DNA of 63,632 nt, counting the filler, from Perkinsus chesapeaki ATCC PRA-425 (Eukaryota > Protista > Perkinsozoa): assembly GCA_013115145.1 (NCBI GenBank). It is 7 parts of 7 records of this genome, joined end to end, with 100 filler letters (N's around TTAATTAATTAA, not from the genome) between each part and the next. Parts side by side here need not be neighbours in the genome. Positions count along the whole stretch, not along the records: positions 26,462 to 56,049 come from JAAPAO010000454.1; 6 more parts are not named here. The stretch is one strand, 5' to 3'. Positions 35,569-48,700 of this stretch are shown one piece after another; position 1 is the stretch's first letter; every line of letters starts with the position of its first letter. The notes beneath the pieces are model-generated. The model was not told where the DNA came from, made no database searches, and was given only the letters and a program-made list of their open reading frames with translations. The position numbers and the translations under genes were made by a program.

Positions 35569-38429
35569 ATGTCCAATACCTACGGCTTAGCTTATAAGGA
35601 GGAAGAGGAAGAGCCAGCTACTGTATGTTGCTGCCCATCACCAAGTAACCCTTCCAAGTCTAGTATCCTTCACGATCCGTATCTTAGGTGATTCCTGTGC
35701 ACCTACTACATGTGGTGGACCATCCCCATACGCCTCTTCATCTGGTGAAGATACCAGTGATGCCAAATACTTCCACCCTGGTGATGTTACCGCAGGCAAA
35801 AGGAAGGTAACAATAACAATGTTAATATTGTTCCTAGACCTTCGATCAGTTGCCATCTTTGGTGCAGCTTCCTATAAGCAAGCGCCCTAGAGTTACCAAG
35901 AAGAAGCTGGTCCGTCATGGTAAGGCTAGAATAAGCGCTTTTACGGCAGTAGGTGGAATAGGTATTAATTATGTTACCTTTCAAACGGAGTCCGGCAGAA
36001 GCATTCCCCTGGATTGTCGCTACACAGATGTTAAAGTGATCGGCACAGGAAGTTACGGTACGGTACTGCGGGCAAGAGACACACACACGATGGGAACTGA
36101 TTCAGAGGAAGTGGCTGTCAAGTGAGCTTTTAGGTTTTTACCATTTTTGCATCAGAATTTACGTTCAGACACACCGTATTGGTCGAGGATAAGCTGGATG
36201 TCGATGATTGGCCGGATATCGTTCGAATGTACCTACCCCTATTCACGCCTACTCTGTACCATCTCGTCCTCAGAATCAGAGAAGTGGAGCTACTACGTGA
36301 CTTCCATCATAATAACATCCTTTCTCTTGTCGATATGTAATCCTAATCCCCCCTGCCAGCCCTCTCCGCCACCACCGTGCCTCTCAGTTTTCCCCAGCCT
36401 CCAGCATACGCCATGACAAGTATTGGTATTGTCACTCCCCTCTATAAGGGAGGCACATTAGCCACGTAATACGTCCACAGGTGCCACTGTAACCAAGGTC
36501 TTTTTCAGATACCAGCCTCGGTCCTTGGCCCAGGTCATGGCCTTCACACGTCAAGTTTTGAGCGCTCTAGCCTTCATGCATGGTCATAACGTAGGTGTCG
36601 CCTTCTCATGCCTGTTGCTATCTTGCTGTTGTTAGGTACTTCATAGAGATGTTAAAAGGGATAATATATTTGTATCCAAGGACGGCTCGTCCGTAGTTCT
36701 CGGGGACTTTGGGTTGGCCAGGGGTACTAAGGGGGCAAGGGGGAATCACTACCAGACTTGGGGGAGGTATCATCAACTTCAATTTATTAGCACTACACTG
36801 GTAAATAAGCGATTCTTTCATAAAACGCGAATCTTCGTAGAAGGCACAAGTCCCGGTGACAGTGATGGTATATGCCATTCGGGGAGGGTTGATGATGAAT
36901 ATTTCTGCCTACCTATCTTCCTCTCCATCCCTCAGCCCCACCCCATGCCTTGGCGAGGCTCTCCACACCCTATCAGAGCGTCCCCGGTGATAGGATTAGT
37001 GCTAGATCATCTACTACAGCTACAGCTGAACTGATGACAACCCGTATTGTCACAGCTCCTTACAGGGCACCGGAGCTGTTATTAAACCATGATGATTATG
37101 ATGGCAGGATAGATGTAATGCAGGGGGGGTAAATGGGATGATATCGCCAAGCTTGGAGATGGGGCAATGAGTTGGTGGTGGTGAGATATCAGACGATACT
37201 TTATATTTTCTGAGGGACTTCGCTGGCCTCGGCGGCGTTGCTAGAATTTTATTGGTTCTCGCAAAGTCACTTTTATTGTCCCTCTATGTGCTTCGATACG
37301 CGAAGGTCTCGTTCGTGCCTGCAGGATATATAGTACTAACAGCGTTGACGTGTGCGGGAGACGGTAGGCCAATAGCTTTGATTGCATAGATTCCCGTGGT
37401 TGCTCGAAGCGCACGCGAATGCATTCCATCCAGGAGGGTTTGTAGCTGCCTCACGCTCGAATGAGCGCTACATAACGGCTCTGAAATAGATGGGTTGTTC
37501 TGTTGTTGAAAGTAGAGCAGTTTGGCGATCTGTGGGATATTACCCCTTGGCCAGGTGTACGCTACTGGGTGTGTTCTGACTGAGCTCATATTCGCACCGG
37601 GCAATGGTAGATCACATTTATTCAAGCATGAAGATACCAACAATAAAGACCTTGAATATCAATATGTAAGTCATAATCACCATCCGTGGCAGAGGAGAAG
37701 TCAATCCTTCAGACGCGGGACTGCCTAGCACAGCAGTTGGTGATGGATTGCTTGCTCAGTGGATTGGATGACCCCGCTGATGAGGCCATAGAGGACGTCA
37801 TTGATAGTCTTTGTAGGCATTGTGATGCCCCTCATTGTTCTAACTGCCTAATTTAGGTGATTGGCTGGACGCCGGCCCGAGGCCAAAGTACATGAGACAC
37901 TTTCGTGGTCTGACGGTATCGGAGGATCTGAGAGGAGCTACTCTTCGTGGCTCCTGTAATGTACAAAAGGTCCGGGAGAAGTTTGCTATCGTGCAAGTGA
38001 GGATATATCTGCTGACGGAGCGGAGATGACGGTTTTTAGGCTCGAGATCCAGGGGACTTGGTCACCCCCATACTGAGGTCACTGCTGACGTTCGATCCAC
38101 GGGAGCGCCCGCAGTCAGAGGAAGTACTCCTCGAGTTTGACGAGATTTTCAATACCGATCTGGGTGGCAGCAGCGGGCCAGGTCAGTACAACGGACCGCT
38201 CGAGGATGACTTGGAAGCGTAAGGTCCCGGGTTCGATCCCTGGGTGCGGCATCGAGATTATTTCAGGGAAATTGAGGCAGGCCTTCCCCACAGCTCCACT
38301 CGCTACGTCTGCGCGAAGGAGATTCTATGGAACGTTATGCTCGAGTGCCGAAAGACTATTGCCGGCTCGACCGGAACTGTCGGAGCTCGGCGTGTCACCG
38401 GTACTATCACCACCCCGCCACCTAGTTGA
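35569..38429 (+). CDS. CMGC / MAPK-like Ser/Thr kinase, multi-exon; start approximate
   Basis: VIGTGSYGTV, VAVK, HRDVKRDNI, GDFGLAR, VTAPYRAPELLL, ID(V)YATGCV, LLTFDPRERP. Confidence 0.85.
38222..38251 (+). other. tRNA-like 3' half (variable loop, T-arm, acceptor 3' strand) inside a predicted intron (38219-38266); not a complete tRNA
   Basis: aggtc-ccggg-ttcgatc-cctgg-gtgcggc-a; B-box GGTTCGATCCC; no matching 5' acceptor strand or D-arm upstream. Confidence 0.55.
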
Positions 38430-38867
38430 GGTTAATACTGTGTCAGATATATTCGAGCATGATCGTTTAATGGCTGGCAAGGACATCTTTCATATACATA
38501 AGTTAGCTGATGAGCTATCGTTAAAATATATAAGTAAGGACGACGCCATCCTCACGTGTTGGGCAAGTCCCTCTACTTAGGTCGATCATCATCCCCATCA
38601 GCTGGTTAATTATTACGTCATCGTTCCTTCATATCTATTATACTACTAGTTACTGTATTCTTTTACCCTCTACTAGGATGACACCATTGCTTTAGATTGC
38701 TTTCATCCGCGGTGGTTCTGATGAACAACCCGCGTTGTAGATTCTTGCTTGCCCCTCCCCCCTCTAGGACTAGACCCTGCAGGTGTTATTTATGAAAATG
38801 TTACCATTGGTTGTGTGTTGTGTTATATAGTATGGGAGAATTCCAGCTGCAAGTTGAAACCGTTAAG

Positions 38868-40106
38868 ATGTCGATGGTCGAAGAAGCGCGGGATCATATT
38901 AAGAAAGCACAGGACGCGTAATGACACACATTTCTGACCGAGTCGGGCACTGCTGTTCAGATTGCATCCGTCAATTTGGCGTCTGCAATTCTCGGCCGAT
39001 CACTTGGTAGCGGCACTGGAGCTATCACAGGCTGCCGCATGCTTCCAATCCGCCTCTTTAAATGAGCAAGCTGCAAAGGCATGGGTGAAGGCTGGCGAGA
39101 TTAGAAGGGATAGCATTCGAGAGTAAAGGAAGATGGATTCTTGTGTTTGAGCTCGATGCAACAGTTACCAAGGAGCTGGGCGCAATTTTGAGTCGGCTGG
39201 CCAACTGCTTCGGAACCCAGAGCACTACAAGGAAGCAGCGACCTGCTATCTGATGGCAGGAAAGACCGATCAGGCTGCACGAGCGTGGACCAAGGTGTCC
39301 TGAATCATGCACATCCTGCTCCGATCTAAGGTCAGGTAGCGGAGCTATTGGCCAAGACCGACCCTGATGGGACCACTGAAGCCTATAGGAAGGTCGTTGA
39401 TATTTACATGGATGATGGGGATGCCAAACGTGGTGGAAATGCCTATGCTGTCGAGGCATTACGAGCGTAAAGGGTACACTTGTACTTGTGGTGTGGATTG
39501 TGATTCAGGTATGAGGAATGGCTGCTCTCTCAACATGACTTGGATGAATGGCTGGAGGCTTCCAAGGAAAGCAGCAAACTACTGGAGGCCGCCGGCTTGC
39601 ACTCTTCAACCCACAAGGAGCTGCTTTCTCAGGTGAGAAGCACCAATTGCCCAAGTAAATAGTGAGTGTGCTGCCGTCAGGTTATCGTACTTCTGTCGAT
39701 GGGCGACACCGTGAAAGCTGATGAAGTGTTAGCTTCCTGTCTAAACGTATACGCTGTCATGGTGATAAATGGTCAATTATCTCCTTTAATAGGTCCGTGG
39801 CTTCCTGGCTTCCGAGGAAATGGCCGCTGGTGAAGGTATGGTCATCGCATTCCGCAACAACGATGCTGATGCCCTCCAAGCCGCTGTTGACAAAAACTGT
39901 GTCAAGTGAGAATGCTTCTTATTAAGGCTTCCCATGTGGACAGGTTCTTGCCAATTGAGATTGTAAAATTGGCCAAGTCATTGAAGGTGGCCGAGTTGCC
40001 CCCTCCTCCGACCAGCTCTACCGCTGTGGACCAAACCAACAAGAGTGATGATGAGCAGCCAACTGCTGCCGCTGCTGCCGATGACCTCGGTGCGTTGCTC
40101 CTCTAA
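38868..40106 (+). CDS. NAPG: Gamma-SNAP (NSF attachment protein gamma), multi-exon
   Basis: MSMVEEARDHIKKAQDA / LQFSADHLVAALELSQAAACFQSA / AARAWTK, acidic C-terminus ending DDLGALLL. Confidence 0.75.
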
Positions 40107-40401
40107 TTTTGATTGATTTCGCCTCTGTTGTGTTGTTAAGAGGATGTACAATTCGAGCCGGACTAGGTTCCTCGGTCACAAATAGCCAGTTGCAACCCCA
40201 GTATACTGTTAGCAAACGCAACACAATGATTGTCTCCGGACCCTGTCGGGAATCCGCTATTTTTTTACTTTCTTTTCCTTTTCTTTTCGTAACAAATACT
40301 AGATACACACGGACAGAGATCGGTTGTAAGCAGACGACGAAAGTGTACAATGTTATTCGTATAAGTTAAGGGGCGACAACCTCAGCTCATCATCATCATC
40401 A

Positions 40402-42372
40402 TCAGGTGCTCTCATCATCATCATCATCATGGGGTTGTGGGCTCGACAACTGAGCCTCTTCAGTTGATGGCTCCCCCTGTACGGGGAAGGTAAACGCCTC
40501 CTCAGAGCTCTCTTCACAGCTTTCCTCACTCAACGCCTCGCGTGACTCAGCCGAAGGGGCCGATGATGATGATGACGGTGGGGCTGCCGGAGCCCCCGCA
40601 ACCTGGGCAGTTGTCAAAATCTCAGCCGGTACGTCGGCGACACTCGTGAACATCGTGAAGCTTCTGGCGACCTTCTCCCTAGAGAGCTCGAGGAGCCGCT
40701 TGGCCTCGTACTGGCCAGACTTCTTGTAGTTGTCGTAGGCCGTCGCGTACTGGGCCATGTCGCCACAACCAGAAAAAACGACAAGCAGATCGTTCTTGGA
40801 CATATCACAGAGCAGCTTTCGAATAGTAAGGTCGATCTTCATCATGACCATTCTCTTATGCTGCTTGCTCGACGCCCTGCCAGACTTGTGCACCGAACCT
40901 GTCCCAGACTGCTGAAGTTCACACCACCGTTGAAACCCTCTCAACACATGTAGCTGGACCCGAGGCTCCGACGACTTAGCTTCCTCACCCGGCATCAACA
41001 CACCAGTCATAGCTCGCTCACCGTACCGCTGCAGCATTGTTGCCCGGTCAGCGTCCTCACCGTGAAGTCGGATGCCTCCCACAAGCGAGGCTAAGGACAG
41101 GCGGCATTTGTCCTCATCGTCCGGGTGCCAGTACGGTCCCTTGGCAAATTTAAGGATCGACAACCGCATCGCCTGTAGAGCATCTTCGGTCGAGTCGTGC
41201 ACACCAGTAGACTCACGAGACATCCTAGACTTAAGGACCTTACGCACCAGATAGCTCAGAGCTGACTTCCGTGGTGGCCCTGCTGGGTGGGGGTAGAGGT
41301 CAGAGGTATCAATAATACGCCTGTGTACCATTTTAAGTGTCTTGAGGTCATTCTCCAGACCATGACCCACCAAGATAGTATCAGCGTCCATCAGCTCCAT
41401 CAAAGCCGCTTGTGCATCAGCCAGTGTTGCTGTCACCCCAAGGAGCGACTCCTTTGTTATCCCCGAAAATTCGGTCTTATAGTCCAACACCGGCTTACCC
41501 GGCTTCACGAACATATCAAGCAGCGTCTTCGCCCCCGAATCAACGGCGCTTAGCCGAGCCAGCTCCAAACCATCGGCGGTATCGACCATCTCGCAGTCGA
41601 TTGCCAGCAAGTTGCTATAGTCCTTATCGTTGAATACAAAAGCTGGTACTCCCTCCCCAGCGCTGGCTGGAATGACCGGTCTCTTGTGCTTCCCTAGCGG
41701 TGTATGACACTCCACATAGCCCTCAGGTGGCACCCCACTAACACTGTGAACGGGGAAGTCACTGCCTATCATGTTGGTAGTGGTCATGAGGTAGTCCGCA
41801 ATCGGTATCAAGGCCGGCTTTTCATTCGAGTTGGCAGTTCTAGGACGAAGCTCTTTAGGAACCTTGCTCTTGGCAACCATCAACTGAAGGAACTGCTTCA
41901 GCACCGGGCATGTTTGCTCCAAGTTGGGGGGTGGGGCTCCACTGGGGGGCCGCCAGGACCCTGCTCTCATGCACTTCCGAATAGCATGGGTCAAAAACGG
42001 GTAATCATTACTGCCGCCCGCAGTCTTGCCTGCAGCCTCCAGCAGGGAGGCTATATCGAAATAAGGCACCATAACGACCGTTATGTTTTTGATAGTGTGC
42101 ATGTTCTCCAGTACACACCACCGTGGCATCACTCCCGCCTCGGAGCTGGTGGCCCACAGGAGGAAGTTCTGTACATCATGCACGCTGATGGCCTTCTGAT
42201 TGAGGTGCTGGAGCTTCACGTGGGGCGCCAAACTTGTAACTCTGCGTATCTTTCGGACCTTATGAGCTGGGCTTGGGGTTATCCATTCGGATGCAGTAGT
42301 ATTAGATCCTTCGGACGAGGTTGGAGCTCGGATACCATCGTTGATGGCGGATGACGGACGCTTGACTGACAT
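40402..42372 (-). CDS. REXO1: RNA exonuclease 1 (REX1/REXO1-like DEDDh), intronless
   Basis: LAIDCEMV, LARLSAVD, DYKTEFSGIT, LVGHGLENDL, IIDTS, HDSTEDA. Confidence 0.9.
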   Translation of the reverse strand: MSVKRPSSAINDGIRAPTSSEGSNTTASEWITPSPAHKVRKIRRVTSLAPHVKLQHLNQKAISVHDVQNFLLWATSSEAGVMPRWCVLENMHTIKNITVVMVPYFDIASLLEAAGKTAGGSNDYPFLTHAIRKCMRAGSWRPPSGAPPPNLEQTCPVLKQFLQLMVAKSKVPKELRPRTANSNEKPALIPIADYLMTTTNMIGSDFPVHSVSGVPPEGYVECHTPLGKHKRPVIPASAGEGVPAFVFNDKDYSNLLAIDCEMVDTADGLELARLSAVDSGAKTLLDMFVKPGKPVLDYKTEFSGITKESLLGVTATLADAQAALMELMDADTILVGHGLENDLKTLKMVHRRIIDTSDLYPHPAGPPRKSALSYLVRKVLKSRMSRESTGVHDSTEDALQAMRLSILKFAKGPYWHPDDEDKCRLSLASLVGGIRLHGEDADRATMLQRYGERAMTGVLMPGEEAKSSEPRVQLHVLRGFQRWCELQQSGTGSVHKSGRASSKQHKRMVMMKIDLTIRKLLCDMSKNDLLVVFSGCGDMAQYATAYDNYKKSGQYEAKRLLELSREKVARSFTMFTSVADVPAEILTTAQVAGAPAAPPSSSSSAPSAESREALSEESCEESSEEAFTFPVQGEPSTEEAQLSSPQPHDDDDDEST

Positions 42373-43045
42373 CGACGATTACGGTTACGGACAGTTGGTG
42401 GCTGTGAGTTGGGGAACAACAAAGAGGAGAGCGACAACAACAACACTGCGATCACCACCGAACACAACAAGTGTCGCGGGAAATAACGAATCGACGACGT
42501 CCTGAAAAAAGAGGGAATAATAAAACCGTCCAAAAGCAATCGGTAGCTCTTGCCGCCATATGTCAATGTAAAAAGCGCGCGCCCAGAAAATAGAGGCGCG
42601 CAAGGGCACGTGACGTCGCAGAGAAGCACGCATAGGAGGTGACGTGGCGGATATGGTGGAGGTGTGGATGGGAGTGATGGAAGTATAAGAATTATACATA
42701 ATAACTACTTTATCGATTATTAGTGGTAAAATAGGATAATAGACCGAACAAGGGGACGACAGCTGGCAGCTGTGACATTAGGGTGTTGGTTAAAGAGAAA
42801 GCCTATTAAGTGTGTGGGCCGACGGCATGGGCGGCGATGTACCAGATACGTATTGCATGGGACTCTCATGCGTATCCATTTATGGAGACATCCGTTGGAT
42901 CCAATTCATAGGGCTAAATATGTGTTCTTGTATGGCTGTAATTAAGAGATAATCAACTCAAGCGCAAGTGACTTGGAAATCGATATAAAAAATGTGGAAA
43001 AAATCAAGTCAATAATCCATTCGACGGCATGACGGAGATAATAAG

Positions 43046-44911
43046 TTAGACGATAGTTTCGTCAACAGGCCACATGATGGTCTTAGTTTCAGTATAGTTA
43101 TCGAGGGCCTCCATTCCCTACAGAAGACCAACTTCACACTATTGCTCACAGAGAAGGACATCACTCACCTTTTCACGACCCCAGCCAGATGCCTTATACC
43201 CACCAAACGGTGCAGCGACGTCGAAGTTATCATAACAATTAATCCATACGGTGCCTGATACGAAGAAGGGATAGATGAGACCAGCATTTTCACAATTGCC
43301 CACCGGCCTTGAGCTCTCTGGCAACCTTAGTAGCCTTGCCTATGTTGCGGGTGCAGACACCAGCAGCCAGGCCGAATTGGGTGTCATTGGCGCGTCTAAC
43401 AGCCTCCTCCAAAGTCTGAAACATACCATACCAGTCACATCGGATTGCACAAGCTCACATCGAAGGGCGCAATCTGCATAACTGGACCGAAGATCTCCTC
43501 ACGAGAGATTCTCATGTGATCTTGTACGTTACCGAACACCGTCGGCTGGACGAAATATCTAATCATCCCAGTTAAGTTCGATAATAAGGAGTTCGCCTAC
43601 CCTTTGTCACCCAAACGCTTCCCTCCACAGAGGAGATCGGCACCCTCATCGATGCCAGATCGGATATACGACATAACACGGTCGAATTGGATTTTATCAA
43701 CCTAGCAGGGACATGCAGTGACAACAACAACAACAAGGCAGATGGAAATACCTGTGGGCCTTGCTCGGAGGCGACGTCCTTCGGGTCTCCAACTTTCCTA
43801 GACTTCGCCCGTTCGACCGCCTTCCTAACGAATTCATCATAGACGCCACGTTGGACGTAGATGCCTAATGAGCTGAGGAGTGGAAATCGAATAATCGATG
43901 AAGGCCTACGGCTTGCAGCACAGCAACATTGACCGTGGTTGAGGAACAAGCCAATGTCCGAGGCCGCTAGGGCTTGGTCAAGGTCAGCATCATCACAGAC
44001 TATCATAGGTGATTTACCACCAAGTTCGAGGGTCACCTGGAGAAGATATGTCAATGAGTATTAGCAACACGTGAACCTTCTTCATATTAGATTCAGCACT
44101 GGCCTTGAGGATCTTAGGGCCAGTCAGACTGCTGCCAGTGAAGGCGACTTTATCGATGTCCATATGGCGAGCTATCAGTTCACCTGAGCCAAGTGAGGGC
44201 TGTAGACAGGACGCTTCGGGATGATGCTTACCAACTTCGGGGCCGCCGTTGACAATATTGACAACACCCGGTGGAAAGCCTGCTTCTTTAATGAGCTGAC
44301 CGAAGAGAAGTCCAGTAAGGGGAGTCTTCTCGGAGAGCTTCATTACAATGGTACCTACCAACGACTGTGTCAACGCCGATAGCCGTATGAAACCCACATC
44401 CGACTGCTAGAGCTGGTCCCAACTTCCAGGCTTGCATAAGCAAAGGGAAGTTCCACGGTATAATCTGACCAACTACTCCGATAGGCTCCTTCACGGTGAG
44501 GCAGATGTTGTGTCCCTCAACAGGCACCACATTGCCAAGGACTTTATCAGCCCATCCAGCATAATACTTGTAGATCTTAATACATAAATTAATATCAGCA
44601 GCCTTGGCCAAAGAGACGGGTTTGCCATTGTCGAGGCTCTCCAGTTGAGCCAGTTGATCCTGATGGCTCTCCATCAACTGGGCAAGTCTATAAAGGCAAT
44701 CGCGGCGGAATGATCCATCGGAATCCTTCCAAGTCTTGAATGCCTCTCTGGCCGCCTTCACAGCGATATCAATGTCCTCAGCACCAGCCACCTCAACCGT
44801 TTCAATGGGCTCGCCATCGACCGGGTTAATAGAGGTAAGAGTCTTGCCGGACTTAGCTGAGACATACTCGTTGTTGATAAAGAGCTTTGTTTGAACCTTC
44901 AAAGGCGACAT
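43046..44911 (-). CDS. ALDH: Aldehyde dehydrogenase (ALDH1/2-like), multi-exon
   Basis: [54 protein letters not shown]; stop after WPVDETIV. Confidence 0.95.
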
Positions 44912-45768
44912 AGTGTATTTAACGATGATTGAACTGAAGATAGAAGTGAGAATGGGGAGCACAACAACCACGCCTCGGGAACTTCCCTCGGGAACGCGGT
45001 TCCTAGTATGCTCCTCCTTTCGTATGGGACTGCCCAGTGACCGATACGGTGTTTCAATCGATGTTATGCCATGAACTACCCCTAGGGAAAGCAACCATTG
45101 ATGGTCGATTCGAGTGGTGGAGCACACTCGACTAACCATGATTAACCGTCCTTGCCAATGAACAATGAACAAGTTCCCGTGGTGATGCCGTCGTGTGCAT
45201 GCGTGCAATGGCTGGGCGTGGCTTGTCCCGCACAGCGACGCAGGGTGTCCCTCTGGGGACCATCGGTGGGATCGTGTTACTCTTTGGGCCCGTGGCGGCA
45301 ATGCAAGGCCATTTCATTACTCCAACGGCACGCCATTCACCGCTCGGCACTTTGTGCGCCACCGCCACCGATACGTAGTTTTTTAAGCACGCAACTGATA
45401 GTGGTCCTCAATACCAGGGCCCTATTAAAGCCTCTATATCAACCAGGTGAAGGCTACTATACCATCTCTATGGTATTCCCGATTAATCAAACCAACTCAT
45501 TAGTAACCAGCAGCCACAGTGGTGAATGTTACGAAAGGATCAGCGGTGTACTGTACACGGATAAGGCAACTCACTAATATATAGTGTAACGGTCCAATAA
45601 ACAACAATAATAGAAACAACAACAACAACTATACACCGCCATCACCACCACCGGTCTCCTTCTTGGTACTGGGGATTCCCAACATGTGGCGTAGCTCTCT
45701 ACTCAGTGCCATCGAGTCTGGATGCCTCGAGGCGTAGGTTACACTAGGAGCTGAACAAAAGATATAAG

Positions 45769-48700
45769 TTACCGTTGAGACCGACACGCACCTTTCTTGC
45801 TTCTCCGTCTTCCCTTGCCTCTGCCATTCTTAAGAGAGCTCTTCACAGGCGGCGGGGAACTGTACGACTTAACGATACTCTGTGCGGGGGCAGGTGACAC
45901 AGGCTCCCCCGCCGGCAGCGGCAATATCATAACATCTGCCGCTGGGGCCACCATACCGCGCATGCTACTACACCTGAAACCAGGGCTTAGAACCAGGAGA
46001 TGGCAGCGTGTTCGTTGCACCTTCCATAGGCCGTACCACAACCGAACGTCGGTTTATCAAACAGGAGCTCAACCTTCATATCCTGCTCGCCCCACCGGCC
46101 AAATACACCTGTAACAGTGCAGCGGGCCCCCACAGGAGCTGAGCCTTCGCCATTAATGTAGACAGCTGAAGCAGGCAGAGACTATAGGGAAGCCAACTCC
46201 CACCGCCCCCACCTCTGCTGCCCACTTCAGGTCGGCTCTTCTTCGATTTCACACCTAACTTGGCGTGGCTATCGGCCAACACCAAGTGGTGAGATGCCAC
46301 CGTTATGTGCGGTAGTGGCTGTGTTGCTTCAGACTTAATATAGTAATCTGTGAGGCCCTCAAGGAACTGTACCCCCATCCGAGATAACGCTGTGTACTTG
46401 GGAGACACCAAAGGTAACCGGCGGAACTCCTAGCACCAAGAATGAAGACGATCGAAGCTCGAGCGGACATACTTGATTCCCCAGCCACCTGTTCAACTTG
46501 GCCAGCTCGTACTCGTAATCATCGCCTTGTAGCAGCCTCTTAGCCGACACGCTGAGATTGGTGTCGGTATTATCCAGCTCACACAGTCCGTCAAAAACGC
46601 TCGGGAAGGCCGCTATGTACTCCTAATAAAACGGCGCCCTAGCTAGACCGGAGAGTTGCTTCCTTACCTTTACTGCTAGTACAGCATAGCTGCTGAATGA
46701 CCAATACTCCTGCTTAGTTTCCCGTATATAAGAATGACGGGTGTAATTGGGTACCACCAACATCTTAAACCCAGACTGCCCTGGTGACACCTCAAAGCGC
46801 GTCCAATGGAACAGCTCCATGCCAACCTGAATCCATCGTATCCACCCCCTCTCTCTATCATTCCTACCTGTACTCGCTCCCTGCCCAACTTGGCCGTAAT
46901 ACTGCCCACTATCCTCCACCACAGCTCGAGCGTTAAGTCTGCCTTGCTCGCGGCGACCTCTGGGCTGTACCATTTCAAATCATTGCCATCCCTCAGAACC
47001 TTCTCAACCGACGACGTCACCGCCGCCACGCTCCAACCCAGAGGCTGCTCAGTATCCATTTCAACCGCACCCGGAAGGATTCGCGTGATCCTACCAACAC
47101 ATCCAGCATGCTTTCCGCCCCTATCATCGACCATAACCCTGTCCCCCACAGCCAGGTCTCTCCTTCCCCTACCCTCCTCTACTTTAACTGGCTCCCTCTC
47201 CAGCACCCGACACAGACTTGCCAACCTCCGCTCTGTGACCGTGGAGAAATCATAGACTCTCCTGCCAGCCTCATCCACATGGTGAGCCGTAACCCTCTGG
47301 ACCTCCAAGATAGGTTGCTCTGACTCCATTACATCTTCACTTAACCTGTCCCCTTCGCAGGTGGTGAAGTTGAACAGGATACCATGCCGCTCATAATAGT
47401 CAAGTTCGTTATTGATGTCTGTTCGATACACCGAAGCTGGTGCGGACTTCTGCACCTTATTTCTGGTACATCTCATCACTTTACCACCTTCGGTCATAAA
47501 GCGGACAGCAACCACCCTAGCTTTATGGACACAGGGATAATCAACCTAAGCGAATCAAGCACGCATCAACCTTAGATTCCATCTAGGCCACCGAGTAAGA
47601 GCAAATTGGTCCCATCGGGTTTCGGTACCCCAAACCCCCTTTAGTTCGTGCTATGGATGTGTCATTCCAGTGGTTACTCCGATTTTAAACACGCCCCAGA
47701 ATTCAAGCAAGACTCTTCCAAAAATTTTTCCGGAAATTTCCGAGATTTTCCGAAATTTCTCCCCGAATTTCCCACCTGTACAACATAAGCCTTCAACATG
47801 CTTTCGCAAAGGTCTCTAACAAGCTCATCAAAGGACTGCTGCACACCCAGGAACATGGACTCCCTTTGACTGGCAAAGTTAAATATCTTAACACCAACAG
47901 CATACCGCACCACCACCTTCTTAGTTTGAAGCGACGGCCAGCAATCTCTACACAAAAACGCGTAGCAATGTCCCTAACAGCGGCAGCGGTCCGGCGCACC
48001 TACACATATTTCTTAGTGTCACAGGCCGGCAACACCCAATGCGGAAAGTACTCCATACCAGCTGGTAAGGGAGCATGATGGAATGTATTCACATCAACAG
48101 TCACATGGTCCAGATCGGGCAGGAATCTTGGTACTGTTGATCTAACCTCTACAGGCTCAACAGAGGGATCGAATCGATATACATGAGCCGAGCCTAACAA
48201 AAGACAGGTGACCAAGTATCTACCTTGCCCTTGGCTCGCTACTGCTTTAATTTAGTAACACATTTGCCCTCCTGCAGCAGTGGCGTTCGGTTAACTGACT
48301 TCATCTACATCTAAGTTGCTAGATTAGCTTATACCTTAAATCCGTAAAGGTACAGTCACGCTTACCCTAAGGTAATACGCGATGATGCAATAAAAAAAGC
48401 ATATAGACGAAGGGAGCTCGATCTAAGCCATATATGCACTCATATGGAGTGGTATTAAGTGGTGTGAGAATGCAAGTTTGCTTCACCTTGGTCCCACCCT
48501 CCCCCCTCCCAAACAGGGTACTACCTTCCCTATTCCTTTCCTTCTCCTCAGGTGTAAGTGCATTGTTACCGGTCCTATCAGCCTTGGCAACTGCCTCATC
48601 CATGGCTTTAAATAGTATATCTTCATCAACGAAATTGATCAAGGTTGTACCTATCAGATTAGTCACACGATAACGAAGACAACTCTCAACCCATCTCAAA

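Noticed and set aside
38175-38251. Complete tRNA-Pro(TGG) or tRNA-Phe gene
   Set aside because: No D-arm, no pairing anticodon stem and no 5' acceptor strand; the upstream part is kinase exon. Only the 3' half is kept as a finding.
45000-45400. GC-rich stretch with small hairpins between ALDH and XRN1 (candidate RNase P/MRP, SRP or snRNA)
   Set aside because: I could not find the conserved core motifs of these RNAs by eye; an Rfam search would be needed.
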